Below, in pieces: positions 10,991 to 21,600 of a DNA stretch of 64,000 nucleotides; position 1 is the first letter of the stretch, and the number at the start of each line of letters is the position of its first letter. Position numbers and translations under genes: made by a program. The notes under the pieces are model-generated. The model had not been told where the DNA came from, made no database searches, and was given only the letters and a program-made list of their open reading frames with translations. This DNA is from Clostridia bacterium (GTDB taxonomy: Bacteria > Bacillota > Clostridia > UMGS1883): NCBI GenBank assembly GCA_030527235.1, contig JAUNBL010000001.1, positions 76,911 to 140,910 of the forward strand. The letters run 5' to 3'.

Positions 10991-11677
10991 TTACTCTCTG
11001 CCTTTCCGGTTTTTCTTTTTGCGTTTTTTCTGCTGCGGCTGCTTGTGTTGTATAGCCTTTTCCTTTTCGGGAGCAGGCTTTTTCTTTTCTTCCAAATCAG
11101 CCTTTATGTCCTCAATCTTCTTTCTGACCGAGGGTTTAGTACCGTTGCCCGTTTTTGCCGTATCCTCGAATGAGATAGATTTGCTCCCGTGCGGATTTTC
11201 GTTTGTTTTCTCCGCACGGGACGGACGGTTTTTTGAGTTTTCGTCCTTTGTATTATCCGATGTAACCTCCGTCTGTTCGGGTGCCTCCGGCTCAATTTCG
11301 TGTTCCGTTGCGGAATACCCGAGCTTTTCCATAATGTAATTAAGCCGGGGTATATCGTCTTGAAATGCGATAACATCGCATAAGCCGTTATCATTTGTCT
11401 TGTCTGCAACAGGACGGTACATTATCCCGTAATTTTTTGCTTCGGCATTGAATTTTTTGAGGTCAGCTTCTTTTATCTGCATAATACAAAGCTGTTTGCC
11501 CGTTTTAAGCATTTGCTTTAATTTTGCGACGCCCTCCGTCTTGCCGTCGTCATTTGCAAGTGCCATAACGATTGCTGCAAGGTTTTTTACACCGAGGGCG
11601 GTTAGCTTGACCGCCGATTCGGTCATTTGGATAGCTTCTTTCGCCATTAAATCAGCGACTTCTCCGCTTGTGTTCAT
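10991..11677 (-). CDS. PcfB/DUF3801-like conjugation-associated protein
   Basis: Directly downstream of relaxase; resembles PcfB family (KKFNAEAKNYGI); C-terminal KPSVRKKIE segment and basic tail. Confidence 0.7.
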   Translation of the reverse strand: MNTSGEVADLMAKEAIQMTESAVKLTALGVKNLAAIVMALANDDGKTEGVAKLKQMLKTGKQLCIMQIKEADLKKFNAEAKNYGIMYRPVADKTNDNGLCDVIAFQDDIPRLNYIMEKLGYSATEHEIEPEAPEQTEVTSDNTKDENSKNRPSRAEKTNENPHGSKSISFEDTAKTGNGTKPSVRKKIEDIKADLEEKKKPAPEKEKAIQHKQPQQKKRKKKNRKGRE

Positions 11678-13016
11678 TTTCTCTCAACTCCTTGTCTGCC
11701 TGTTTCTGCAAAGCGAGCGCCTGCCGTTTTTTCTCGGCAATTTTATACGAATCCTTAAATATTGCTTTGCACAGTCTGATTTCTTTTCGGAGTTCGTTAA
11801 GCTCCGTATTGATTTCTTTCGCTTGGTCTTTGACCTCATCACAACTTTCATCAGTCCTTTCTTCATATAATTTTTTACGCCGTGTAATTAAAATCTCAAC
11901 TTCGGCTTCTTTGTCCTTTTGGTATTTCTGCAAATCTTCGCCCGTTTCGATGCCGTGAGAAAACAAAAACTTGAATTGCTTTTGATAGCGGTCAAACTTA
12001 ATCATTTCATCACGCATAAAAAACGACACCCTTTGAGGTGTCTGCTTACGCTGAATTTTTTTGAATAAATAGAGGTAGTGAAAGTAGAGGGCAACAAAGC
12101 CTTTTAACTTCTTGCCCTTTACATTTTTAATGTTACCTCTGAATTTGTATTGTTTTTTCGGCATCTCGGACGGTGCAGCCGTGATAATTCCGTTTCGGGT
12201 TGCGATTATCCTTTCCAAAATCTCCACTTCACTGTAACCATTACCGAGATTATCAAGCCTCATCGGGCGTTTTGCGTTCGGTGCAATTATTGAGGTGTAC
12301 TTTATATTCGTACCTTTGCGGTGAATGACAAAACCACGCTTTTTTAAGTTCTGCCAAAACTGTTCCATTGTGTATGAGCATTTTATGATTTCGTCAATAT
12401 CACGACGAATACTTCCACGAATGGTTGGTCTGCCTTCTTTTAATGCAAGCCATTCCGCATAGTGCATACCTCGCCTTTGCGGATTTTTAATTACCGAAAG
12501 ACAGTTTTCAATACAAATAGCGTCCGATATTCCTCGAATGTCTATGAAATAGTCCTTGAAATTATTTCGATATTTGTAGCCGTCCACATAGGATACGGAG
12601 TTTATAATCAGATGATTATGCAAATGGGCGTGGTCAAGATGTGTTGCAACAACCACTTCGTATTTATCCGCAAACAAACGCTCCGCAAGTTCAAGTCCGC
12701 ATTTATGGGCAACCTCCGGCATTGTTTCAAAATCCTTAAAAGACTGCACCAAATGATATGCAAGCACGGCGTTTTTATGTCCTGCCTTTCCGAAAAACTC
12801 CTGTGTGTCTATCATATCTGCGTATGGGTTATCTGTCGTGCAGTTATATGCTTTGACATAAAGGCAATTTTCGGTCTTGTCCTCATTTTTGATATATTTG
12901 ATTACACCCTCTACCGCATCAATGTCGGGTTTTATACTTGTCTTGTCGGGATTGGCGATATAGTTAAGACTTGAATCGAGCCTTGATTTAACCGTCCATA
13001 TTTTCGTAATTGCCAT
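11652..13016 (-). CDS. Relaxase/mobilisation nuclease (MOBP-type)
   Basis: MAITKI...LNYIAN motif I, AYHLVQSF motif II, THLDHAHLHNHLIINSV HUH motif III. Confidence 0.93.
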   Translation of the reverse strand: MAITKIWTVKSRLDSSLNYIANPDKTSIKPDIDAVEGVIKYIKNEDKTENCLYVKAYNCTTDNPYADMIDTQEFFGKAGHKNAVLAYHLVQSFKDFETMPEVAHKCGLELAERLFADKYEVVVATHLDHAHLHNHLIINSVSYVDGYKYRNNFKDYFIDIRGISDAICIENCLSVIKNPQRRGMHYAEWLALKEGRPTIRGSIRRDIDEIIKCSYTMEQFWQNLKKRGFVIHRKGTNIKYTSIIAPNAKRPMRLDNLGNGYSEVEILERIIATRNGIITAAPSEMPKKQYKFRGNIKNVKGKKLKGFVALYFHYLYLFKKIQRKQTPQRVSFFMRDEMIKFDRYQKQFKFLFSHGIETGEDLQKYQKDKEAEVEILITRRKKLYEERTDESCDEVKDQAKEINTELNELRKEIRLCKAIFKDSYKIAEKKRQALALQKQADKELRENEHKRRSR

Positions 13017-13318
13017 TATCGGACGCTCCTCACAAGACGCATAATATCGTTTTGCATTTGCAGCACGGTTTCAATTTTATCTTCCGAAATATACTGCTGT
13101 GCATTTGCGATATGTGCTATCTGATTTATGTTGTTTCCGATAGCGTTTATCTCACGAAGCAGTCTTACATATTCATCGGGTGGACGGGGGCGAATAATAT
13201 TGCCCATAATCAGCTTGCGAATATATGGCTCCATTTTTAAGGCACAAGCGGCGGCATTTGTTTTCAGCCTCTTGTGTTCCTGTTCGGTGAGCCGTACCGA
13301 TATTTTGATTTTATCCAT
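13016..13318 (-). CDS. mobC: MobC relaxosome accessory protein (start revised to ATG 13318)
   Basis: ISVRLTEQEH ribbon-helix-helix start; EINAIGNNINQIAH MobC signature; GAGGTG RBS; stop overlaps relaxase start. Confidence 0.9.
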   Translation of the reverse strand: MDKIKISVRLTEQEHKRLKTNAAACALKMEPYIRKLIMGNIIRPRPPDEYVRLLREINAIGNNINQIAHIANAQQYISEDKIETVLQMQNDIMRLVRSVR

Positions 13319-13344
13319 TGTTAAAATCACCTCATTTCTTTTAG

Positions 13345-13440
13345 CCGTGCGGCGGGGTATTAGGGGCATTGCCACTAACAAGCGGGCGTTTTGCCGTCAA
13401 AATGCCGTGCTTGCTAATACAAATGCTCACGCATTTGTTT
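13345..13440. other. Candidate origin of transfer (oriT)
   Basis: Immediately upstream of mobC; inverted repeats GCGTTTTG-CCGT-CAAAATGC and ACAAATGC-TCAC-GCATTTGT flank GTGCTTGC, which resembles MOBP nick regions. Confidence 0.6.
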
Positions 13441-13570
13441 CCTTATCCCCGTCCGCCGTCGGCGTTATACTTTCCGCCGGGAAAGCCTCCTTTACATTCC
13501 GCATTCGTCCTTGCAGGGACAGTTTTTCAAGCGAGCGCACAAACGCTTCTCTGTTGTAATTGGTGTTCAT
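13427..13570 (-). CDS. Small hypothetical protein, 47 aa (MNTNYNREAF...KETNA)
   Basis: GAGGT RBS before ATG 13570; TGA at 13427 lies inside the oriT hairpin; below ORF-track cutoff. Confidence 0.45.
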   Translation of the reverse strand: MNTNYNREAFVRSLEKLSLQGRMRNVKEAFPAESITPTADGDKETNA

Positions 13571-13605
13571 TTTTGATTACCTCATCTTTCATAAATTTTT
13601 GTATC

Positions 13606-13631
13606 AAAAAAGCCTGCCATATGGGCAGACT
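13606..13631 (-). terminator. Intrinsic terminator after XRE regulator
   Basis: Minus strand AGTCTGCC-CATAT-GGCAGGCT then TTTTT. Confidence 0.65.
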
Positions 13632-13644
13632 GCTTTGCGTGTGT

Positions 13645-14106
13645 TTATTTGCGTTTTTTGTATGTTCCGCAGGCATTCTTTATGTGGTTGTAATCATCAT
13701 AGGTGATTTCTCCACGCATTAACGCCTGCCGAGCTTCATACACCTTTTTCAAGTGTCGGTTTACGGTCTTGCAGTTATCGGGGAACGACAGCGATACGAC
13801 ATCTCCGTTTTTGCTCCAATTAAGTCCGTAAAGCATATCAATCTTAAAAATTGTGTGGAGCGTTTCAAGCTCGGAATTGACAGACAGCCTTGATATTGCA
13901 AACCTGTGTATGCCGAGCAACCTTGCCAGCTTTGCGGTAATCTGCGGTTTTGCGTAAATTCGCTCTCCTTCGTATTGTCCTATGCGTGTCCCTGCGGTCT
14001 TTTTCGCAAAGCCGACCTTTTCGCCGAGTTCCGACTGCGACAAGCCGTTATATTGTCTGCACAGCTTTATCGTTCTTCCTATGGGTTTTGGTTTTTTGTT
14101 ATTCAT
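13645..14106 (-). CDS. XRE-family HTH transcriptional regulator
   Basis: IGRTIKLCRQYNGLSQSELGEKVG...RIGQYE...KLARLLG HTH pattern; AAAGGA RBS. Confidence 0.85.
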   Translation of the reverse strand: MNNKKPKPIGRTIKLCRQYNGLSQSELGEKVGFAKKTAGTRIGQYEGERIYAKPQITAKLARLLGIHRFAISRLSVNSELETLHTIFKIDMLYGLNWSKNGDVVSLSFPDNCKTVNRHLKKVYEARQALMRGEITYDDYNHIKNACGTYKKRK

Positions 14107-14137
14107 TTATCATCATTCCTTTCATATTTTCGGGCAT

Positions 14138-14168
14138 AAAAAAACCGACAAGATTTCTCCTGCCGGTT
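14138..14168 (-). terminator. Intrinsic terminator after kinase gene
   Basis: Minus strand AACCGGCAGGA-GAAA-TCTTGTCGGTT then TTTTTATGC. Confidence 0.7.
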
Positions 14169-14186
14169 ATGCCTTATTTGATTTTA

Positions 14187-15095
14187 TTATCTTTGCATAT
14201 CATCGTGCTTTTTTGACTTTTCTTTTAATTTATTTAAGGAAAAATCAATGATACGCTCTTTTCTTGCCGTGAGCATTGTTTTGTAAAACTCCTTTTGAAG
14301 CTCTGTTACGGTAGGCGTATTGTCTATAATTTCATAGATTTTCTTCATATCAATACGGCTTGCTATCCGTTTGAGAGCCTTGTTGCAGTCCGGAAATTTA
14401 CCCTCCGACAAAAATTTGAAGTAATTTATCTTTTTGCCGTTATAGGTTATAGCAGATAACGGTATATCGAAAATCCTGTGATTAAGCTCATTTTTGTCAC
14501 TTAATATCTTCTTCATTAAGTCCTCGTCCGCCTGTGGGTACAGACTGCTGCCGCAATCAAATACCGGGGCGAGCGTTACTTCATCGGTAGCGTTGTTATA
14601 TAAAAATCCCCAATTTCCGTTGTGTCTGTCCCAATTTCCTATCAGAGCGTCCACGATAAACATATCCCAAAACCTTGTTTTAAGTGTTTCGGAATCCATC
14701 GCTGTCTGTTCGTCAATGGTGGACAAAATATCTGCAAGCTCCGTACCGTAACCGTTTCTTTCGGAGTCAATAATGCGGTTTTTGAGTGATGCAAAATCTT
14801 GAAGCGTTATCCCTTGCGAGGTAAAATCCTTGCAGGCAACAACAACTTTTTCCTTGCCCTTGCTTGTGTAGGTTCCGATAACCGTTTCCTGTACGGGTAT
14901 TCCCACAGACTCAAAAACCTTGCAGCCGATGTATTCGCTGATACAGCTGTTTGTATAGCTCATTTCCTTATTTATTGTAGGGAACGGCGGAAATTTCAGC
15001 ATATATTGCTCGCCGTTATACAAAACCGAAATTTTACCGCCGTTGGCTCCGGCATAAGTTTTGTTTTTTTGCACCGCATTTGTAAAGTCTATCAT
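14187..15095 (-). CDS. CtkA/HipA-like Ser/Thr kinase (putative toxin)
   Basis: Gly-rich YAGANGGK loop, YMLKFP, SEYIG, DALIGNWDRHNGNWG catalytic loop, APVFDCGSSL. Confidence 0.85.
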   Translation of the reverse strand: MIDFTNAVQKNKTYAGANGGKISVLYNGEQYMLKFPPFPTINKEMSYTNSCISEYIGCKVFESVGIPVQETVIGTYTSKGKEKVVVACKDFTSQGITLQDFASLKNRIIDSERNGYGTELADILSTIDEQTAMDSETLKTRFWDMFIVDALIGNWDRHNGNWGFLYNNATDEVTLAPVFDCGSSLYPQADEDLMKKILSDKNELNHRIFDIPLSAITYNGKKINYFKFLSEGKFPDCNKALKRIASRIDMKKIYEIIDNTPTVTELQKEFYKTMLTARKERIIDFSLNKLKEKSKKHDDMQR

Positions 15096-15553
15096 ATATC
15101 ATCCTGCCTTTCCATTCTTAAATATTTATGCCGTAAGTACCACGCTTGCTCACTTGAAATGAGGTTTTCAACCTCTGCGGAATTTATATCGGCATTTAGC
15201 TCGCACCAGCATATATCCCAATGATAATCCTTTTCGCCGCTGTCTACAATTTTCCACGATTTTTTCATTCGTTCAAGCGATTCTGCAAGGTTCTTCGGCA
15301 GTCCGCACTCAAAGTGCGTTTCGTCCGTCGGCATACCTGTTTCAGAGCTGTATTCGCCGTTTTCAAGCTCCATTATATCCTCCATAGAGCAGTTCAAAGC
15401 TTTTGCTATCTGCTGTACGGTTTTTGCATTGCACTTTTGAATTGAGGTTTTCCCCGAACATATATCTATAACGGTTGTTTTCGGTACGCCGCTTATCTTT
15501 GAAAGCTGATACTTCGTAATATTTTCGCTGTTGAGTAAATTCTGTAATGTCAT
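15092..15553 (-). CDS. XRE/HipB-like HTH protein, putative antitoxin (start revised to ATG 15553)
   Basis: N-terminal HTH (ITKYQLSKISGVPKTTV...IAKALNCSMEDI); AAAGGA RBS; ATGA overlap with the kinase gene. Confidence 0.8.
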   Translation of the reverse strand: MTLQNLLNSENITKYQLSKISGVPKTTVIDICSGKTSIQKCNAKTVQQIAKALNCSMEDIMELENGEYSSETGMPTDETHFECGLPKNLAESLERMKKSWKIVDSGEKDYHWDICWCELNADINSAEVENLISSEQAWYLRHKYLRMERQDDI

Positions 15554-15588
15554 TTTCAGCACCGTCCTTTCAACATTATTATACATAT

Positions 15589-15617
15589 AGTATATCGGAA
15601 TACCGACCTTTTGTCAA
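15589..15617 (-). promoter_or_regulatory. Near-consensus sigma-A promoter of the HTH-kinase operon with palindrome in the spacer
   Basis: TTGACA-17 nt-TATACT; TCGG-TATT-CCGA inverted repeat at 15595-15606. Confidence 0.75.
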
Positions 15618-15656
15618 TATGCACGGAGCTTTTTCATCAATATGCACTATGATTTT

Positions 15657-18600
15657 TTACCTTGCCATAGCGTATTCACGCTTTTGCTGCGGCGCTTGTG
15701 CATCGGAAACATCGGTGTCGATAACATTATCGTCCTTTTTATCCATTTTGAGCAGCGCTTCAACTGCGGCAAGGCGTTTTGTTTTTTCCTGCAATTCCGC
15801 CTCCTGCGGAAACGCCCGTTTTGCTTCAACCTTTGCGGTTTCGTACTGTGTATTCGTGTTTGCAAGCTCCTCTTTGGATATTTCAAGCCGTTTTTCAAAA
15901 CCGTCCAAAGCATTGTCGATACGCTGAATATTACCGAACACATCTGTTCCGAGTTCAACCTTGTGCGACAAGCTCCCGACAAGGGTTACATAGAACAATT
16001 TTTGAAAGCTGTCAAAGGAAAGCTCCATAGAAAAACCTCGGTAATCACCGATGTTCACCGGCTCCTCCGAGGTCATTTTCTTGCAGCGTTCAATAAGAGC
16101 ATTACCCGCTTTTTCCTTTTCAAAATATCCAAACCCGTCAATCGTCATTGTGTTGAATTTATCCTCAGCCTTCGGATACTGATTGACAGTTTCAATATCC
16201 TTTTCAAGACCTTTAATTCTTGCTGCGATTTCCGCAATTTGTTTGGGGTAGAATTTCACAACCTTATCTTCGAGGTCGTAAATCTGCGACATAAAGGACG
16301 ATTTTATCAGCTTCAGCTTGGACACTTCCATATCAAGCTCCATTTTCTCCTTGATGTGCGGATTACCTGTCGAGAGCGCCTTTATCTCCGCAAAGGACAG
16401 GGCGGTTGGGTCAATATCGTCCGCAACTCTGACGGGAGATTTTGAAGTAAATATCTGCGATATAAACTTCTGTTTCTGCTCGACGGTCTGCCACATATAA
16501 GTGTCAAAGGTTCCTTTGGTTACATAGCGGTAAATATGCACTTTCTCGTTTGTGTTGCCTTGTCTGATGATACGCCCGGCTCTCTGTTCGAGGTCTGCCG
16601 GACGCCACGGGCAGTCAAGGTCGTGCGAGGCATAGAGCAGTTTTTGCACATTTGTCCCTGCACCCATTTTTGAGGTAGAGCCGAGAAGCACACGAACATC
16701 ACCGCTTCGCACTTTCTTGAATAATTCATCTTTTTTAACCTCTGTGTTTGCATCGTGAATAAAAGCAACCTCATTTTCGGGTATGCCTTTTTGGAGCAGT
16801 TTTTCCCGTATGCTGTTATATACCGAGAATGTACCGTCCGATTTCGGTGTAGATAAATCACAGAACAAAAGCTGTGTAGCTTTTCTATCTGCTGTGTCTT
16901 TCCATATATCATACACACGGTTTGCACATACCGATACCTTTGAGGTTTCATCATCGGGGAGCATAGGATTTATCATTCTTTGGTCGAGTGCCAATTTTCT
17001 GCCGTCGTTTGTTATTTTCAGCATATTGTCAACACTCGGATCAACAGTCCTTTTACGCACTTCCTCAGCTCGTTCTCCGAGGTCTGCCACCATATCCTTT
17101 TGGAATTGGGTCGGCTCTGCAACCTCGTTGTGATATTCAACCTCCGGCACGGGCAAATTCAACATATCCGCCGTCTGAATATCGGCAACCTCTTTGAACA
17201 TCGCAATGAGTTCGGGCAAGTTAAAGAATTTTGCAAACCTCGTTTTCATACGATAACCACTGCCTTCGGGTGCAAGCTCCATTGCCGATACGGTTTCACC
17301 AAAGGTAGACGCCCAGCTATCGAAGTGCTGCAAACCTCTGTCTTGGAGCGATTTATACTGCAAATACCTCTGCATAGTATATAACTCAACCATACTGTTT
17401 GATACAGGAGTTCCCGTTGCAAATATAACACCCTTGCCGCCCGTAAGCTCGTCAAGATACTGCGTTTTCATAAACAGGTCGCTTGATTTTTGTGCTTCGG
17501 TTTGGGCAATACCGCCGACATTCCGCATTTTTGTGTAAAGGAAAAGGTTTTTGTAAAAGTGTGCTTCGTCCACAAACACTCTGTCAACACCGATTTCTTC
17601 AAAGGTAACAACATCGTCCTTGCGTTCTTGGTCATTGAGCTTTTTTATCTTTGCTTCAAGCCCACGCTTTGTCTTTTCCATCTGCTTTACGGTGTAACGC
17701 TCCGCATTTTCGGCCTTGGCTTCGGCTATGCCGTTCAAAATTTCATCAAGCTGGTTTTGAAGTATGGCTTTCTGCCGCTCTGCCGACATCGGTATTTTCT
17801 CAAACTGACTATGCCCGATAATGACCGCATCATAATCGCCCGTTGCGATACGACCGCAGAATTTTTTGCGGTTTTTCATCTCAAAGTCCTTTTTTGTTGC
17901 AACAAGAATATTTGCCGCCGGATATAACTGCAAAAATTCGCTTGCCCATTGCTCGGTCAAGTGGTTGGGTACTACAAACAGCGATTTATTGCAAAGTCCG
18001 AGCCGCCGTGATTCCATTGCTGCCGCAACCATAGTCCAAGTCTTGCCGGCGCCGACTACATGACCGAGTAAAGAATTGCCGCCGTACATAATTCGTGCAA
18101 CAGCGTCCTTTTGGTGTTTCCTCAGAGCTATTTCGGGGTTTATTCCGTTGAAGGTTATATGGCTGCCGTCATACTCACGGGGACGGATAGAGTTAAACCG
18201 AACATTGTAGATTTTACATAAGTCATCACGCCTGTCGGGGTCTTTCCATATCCAATCCTCAAAGGCTTGCTTGATTGACGCCTGCTTTTGCTGGGCGATG
18301 GTGGTTTCCTTGATATTCAGCTTTGCAACCTTGTTACCGTTTTCGTCGTAAATATAATCAAAGATACGCACATCACGCAGATTAAGCGAATCCTCAATAA
18401 TTTTGTAAGCGCTGATACGGCTTGTACCATAGGTGTTGGTAGCCTTAACGCCCTTATCGGCGCTCTTGCCTTGAATATTCCACTCACCCGTAAGATTTGA
18501 ATATTTGACCTCGATTTTGCTTTGCGCATAATAATTCGGCGAAAGAAGCTCAAACACAAACTCCTCGATATACTTTTCGGGTATCCAAGTCGTGCCGAGC

Positions 18601-21600
18601 TTTACGGAAATTTCACCCGGCGTTAAGTCTTTCGGCTGTACCTTTTCAAGATATTCCGCATTGACACGGTATTCGGAGCTGTCTTTTGAAAACTGCTCCG
18701 CTTGACTTAATTTTGCACGAACATTGCCGGATAAATATTCATCGGAGGTTAGGTATTTCGGCTCGCTTTCGGAGAATGTTTCGTGTTCGGGGTTTAAGAA
18801 GATTACACCCTTTAAGTCCGCATAAAGCTCCTGTTCGGTCTTGCCCGACAGTGTTTCCATAAAGGGTATGTCAATTTTCGCCTTTTCCGCCAATGACACC
18901 GCCAACGCTTCATCTGCCGTATCAACCTTTGTTACCTCGTGTTTGGCTCGGATAGTTCTTTTGGTGAACATATCCGCCTTGCGTTCAAGGTTTCCGTTCT
19001 CATCAAGAATTTCCAGAGAACATAAAAGGAAGTAACTGCTGTCCTCCGAAAAGGCAAGAGCATTGCCACGGGAATTGATAAGACCGTATTTTTTTGTATA
19101 GTCATCATAGAGCGTGTTCAGCTTTGCCTGTTGTGCCTTAATTTCATTATCGGAATAGTTTTCCGTCTGATATTCGATTAAAGTCCTCACGCAGTCCCGA
19201 AGCTCTATCATACCTTTTACTCGGTTTTCAGCCGTTGCGTTCAGCTCAATCTTACGCATAAGGCTGTTTTCTCTGAAATACACCTCTCCGTCAACAACCG
19301 TAAAGCTGAAATTGCGAACATTCGGGTCTGCCGGGATTGTTATTTCCTCGTCATTTGAAACATCGTCAAATTCGTATTCCGTTATGCTTGCGTGAATATT
19401 TTGAATCGCACCGTCAAGCTGCTCGGCAAGTGAAATATCCTCATTCGGCTCACAGGTAAGGGCAGGACCGAAAGGACCGCTGACCTCTTTGAGTTCGCCC
19501 ATAACCATATCGGGGTTGTCAAGAAAATACTGATTTATTGGCTGTCCTGTTTCGTGTTGACCGACATTTACCCATTCCGGCATAATATCCGTCATACGCT
19601 CTCTTTTCTGCAAAAACAAAATATCCGCCGTAACCTCTGTCCCGGCATTTTTCTTAAAGGTGTTATTCGGCAAGCGTATTGCACCGATTAAATCGGCTCT
19701 TTGAGCTATATATCGACGCACCTTTGAATTACGCTTATCCATAGTGCCGGAGGAGGTGATAAAAGCGATAACGCCGCCCGGTCGCACCTTATCCAAAGTT
19801 TTCGCAAAAAAGTAGTCGTGAATGAGGAAATTATGCTTGTTGTACTTTCTGTCAAGCAGCTTAAAATCTCCGAAAGGCACATTGCCGATTGCCACATCAA
19901 AGAAGCTGTCGGGAAGCTCGGAGTTTTCATAGCCTTGTATCGCAACGGAATTTTTCTGATAAAGTTGTCCGGCAATTCTTCCCGTAATACTGTCAATTTC
20001 CACGCCATACATTTTACTGCCGCTCATACTCTCCGGCATAAGTCCCATAAAATTACCTATCCCACACGACGGCTCCAAGATGTTACCCTGCGTAAATCCC
20101 ATATTGGAAAGCGCCTTATACATTGCCTTGATTACAACAGGCGGAGTGAAGTGTGCGGTAAGTGTTGACGCTCTCGCTTGCTCATACTCATCGGGGGAAA
20201 GAGTGGCGTATAGCTCCTTAAATTCCTCCGACCAATTTTCTTTGGATTCATCAAAAGCGTCCGCAAGACCGCCCCAGCCGACATACTGTGATAATATCTC
20301 CTGTTCTTCGGGAGTAGCAAGACGGTGTTCAAATTCGAGATTATGAAGTAAATTTACGGCTTCAACATTCCTCTTAAATTTCTCTTTCGGTGTACCGTAA
20401 CCGAGTTCATCATTTGTAATTTGAAAATTGCGTCTGTCCGACAACGGTATTTCGGGATATACAACCGTGTTTTGCACTCTCTGCGGCTTTGCTTTTTGAA
20501 ATTCTGCCGTAAGCTGCGGTTTTGCCTGCTCTGCAATTATACTCTTGACAAAATCTATGCTCTCACTGCGGAATATGGGAAAACCCGTACTGTTTTGAAA
20601 GGTTATATCCTTTAATGACACCTTGTTAAAATCAGTATTTACGCTGTCTACAACAAATTTGCGGTCATCAATGGTGAGTTCCGTTCCGATAAGGTTTTCG
20701 GCGGTTTCGGTTACATTATCAATTTGCGATGTTTCCGTCTGTTGTGCTTGTGCAGGCACAACCTTATCCGCTGACAAAAGCCGTTTATAGTTTCTATCCT
20801 CATCAGCAATGACAACATCATATCCGGCATAGAGCAGCTTGTTGACATATTCGTCCGTAATGTGTTTCGGAAAGCCACACATCGGGTAGCGTGTTCCGTC
20901 GATTTCCTTTGAGATTACAGTTATATCAAGCACATCTGCCGCCTTTTGTGCGTCATCTCCGTAGACTTCATAAAAATCACCGAGTGGAATAAGGGCAACG
21001 GTTTTTGAGCCGTTATCGTCTTTGTGAAGCTCTGCAAGATATTCGGAGAACGGCTGCTGCGGTTGATTTTCTTTTTCAAACCGTTCTTCGATTAAAGCTC
21101 TATATAAAGCCATATCATCATCTGTCAACAGGTCGTTTCGACTGTAATCAAGGTTAATTTCAACATAACCGATATGTGACTCCTTTTCATCATCGGACAT
21201 TTTTGAAATTCGTGTTTGTATATTTTCATTAACCGAGGTTATTTCCACACCGTAACGAGCTGCATATTTTTTCAGATTTTCAACCGTTTCCGCATCATAT
21301 GCAAGTCCTGTTGAAAGACCGCCGTTTTCGTCAAAGGAAAGTATATCGTTCAGTATATGGCGGTATATTTCATCACCGCTGTATATCTCTCTGCCGATTT
21401 CCGCTTTCAAAGTGTTTCCTTCAAAAAATGCTTTATTATCATCGGACACAGACTTCAAGAATTTATCAACCGTATTTTCTTCGTCGGCATCGTGTATAGC
21501 GTAAATATATCCGTTATCCGAAAGTATCTCTGCATATTCCTCCAAATCGTATGCCGGAAAGCTGATTGCTCCATCCGACACGGAAAGTCCGAGAATTTCA

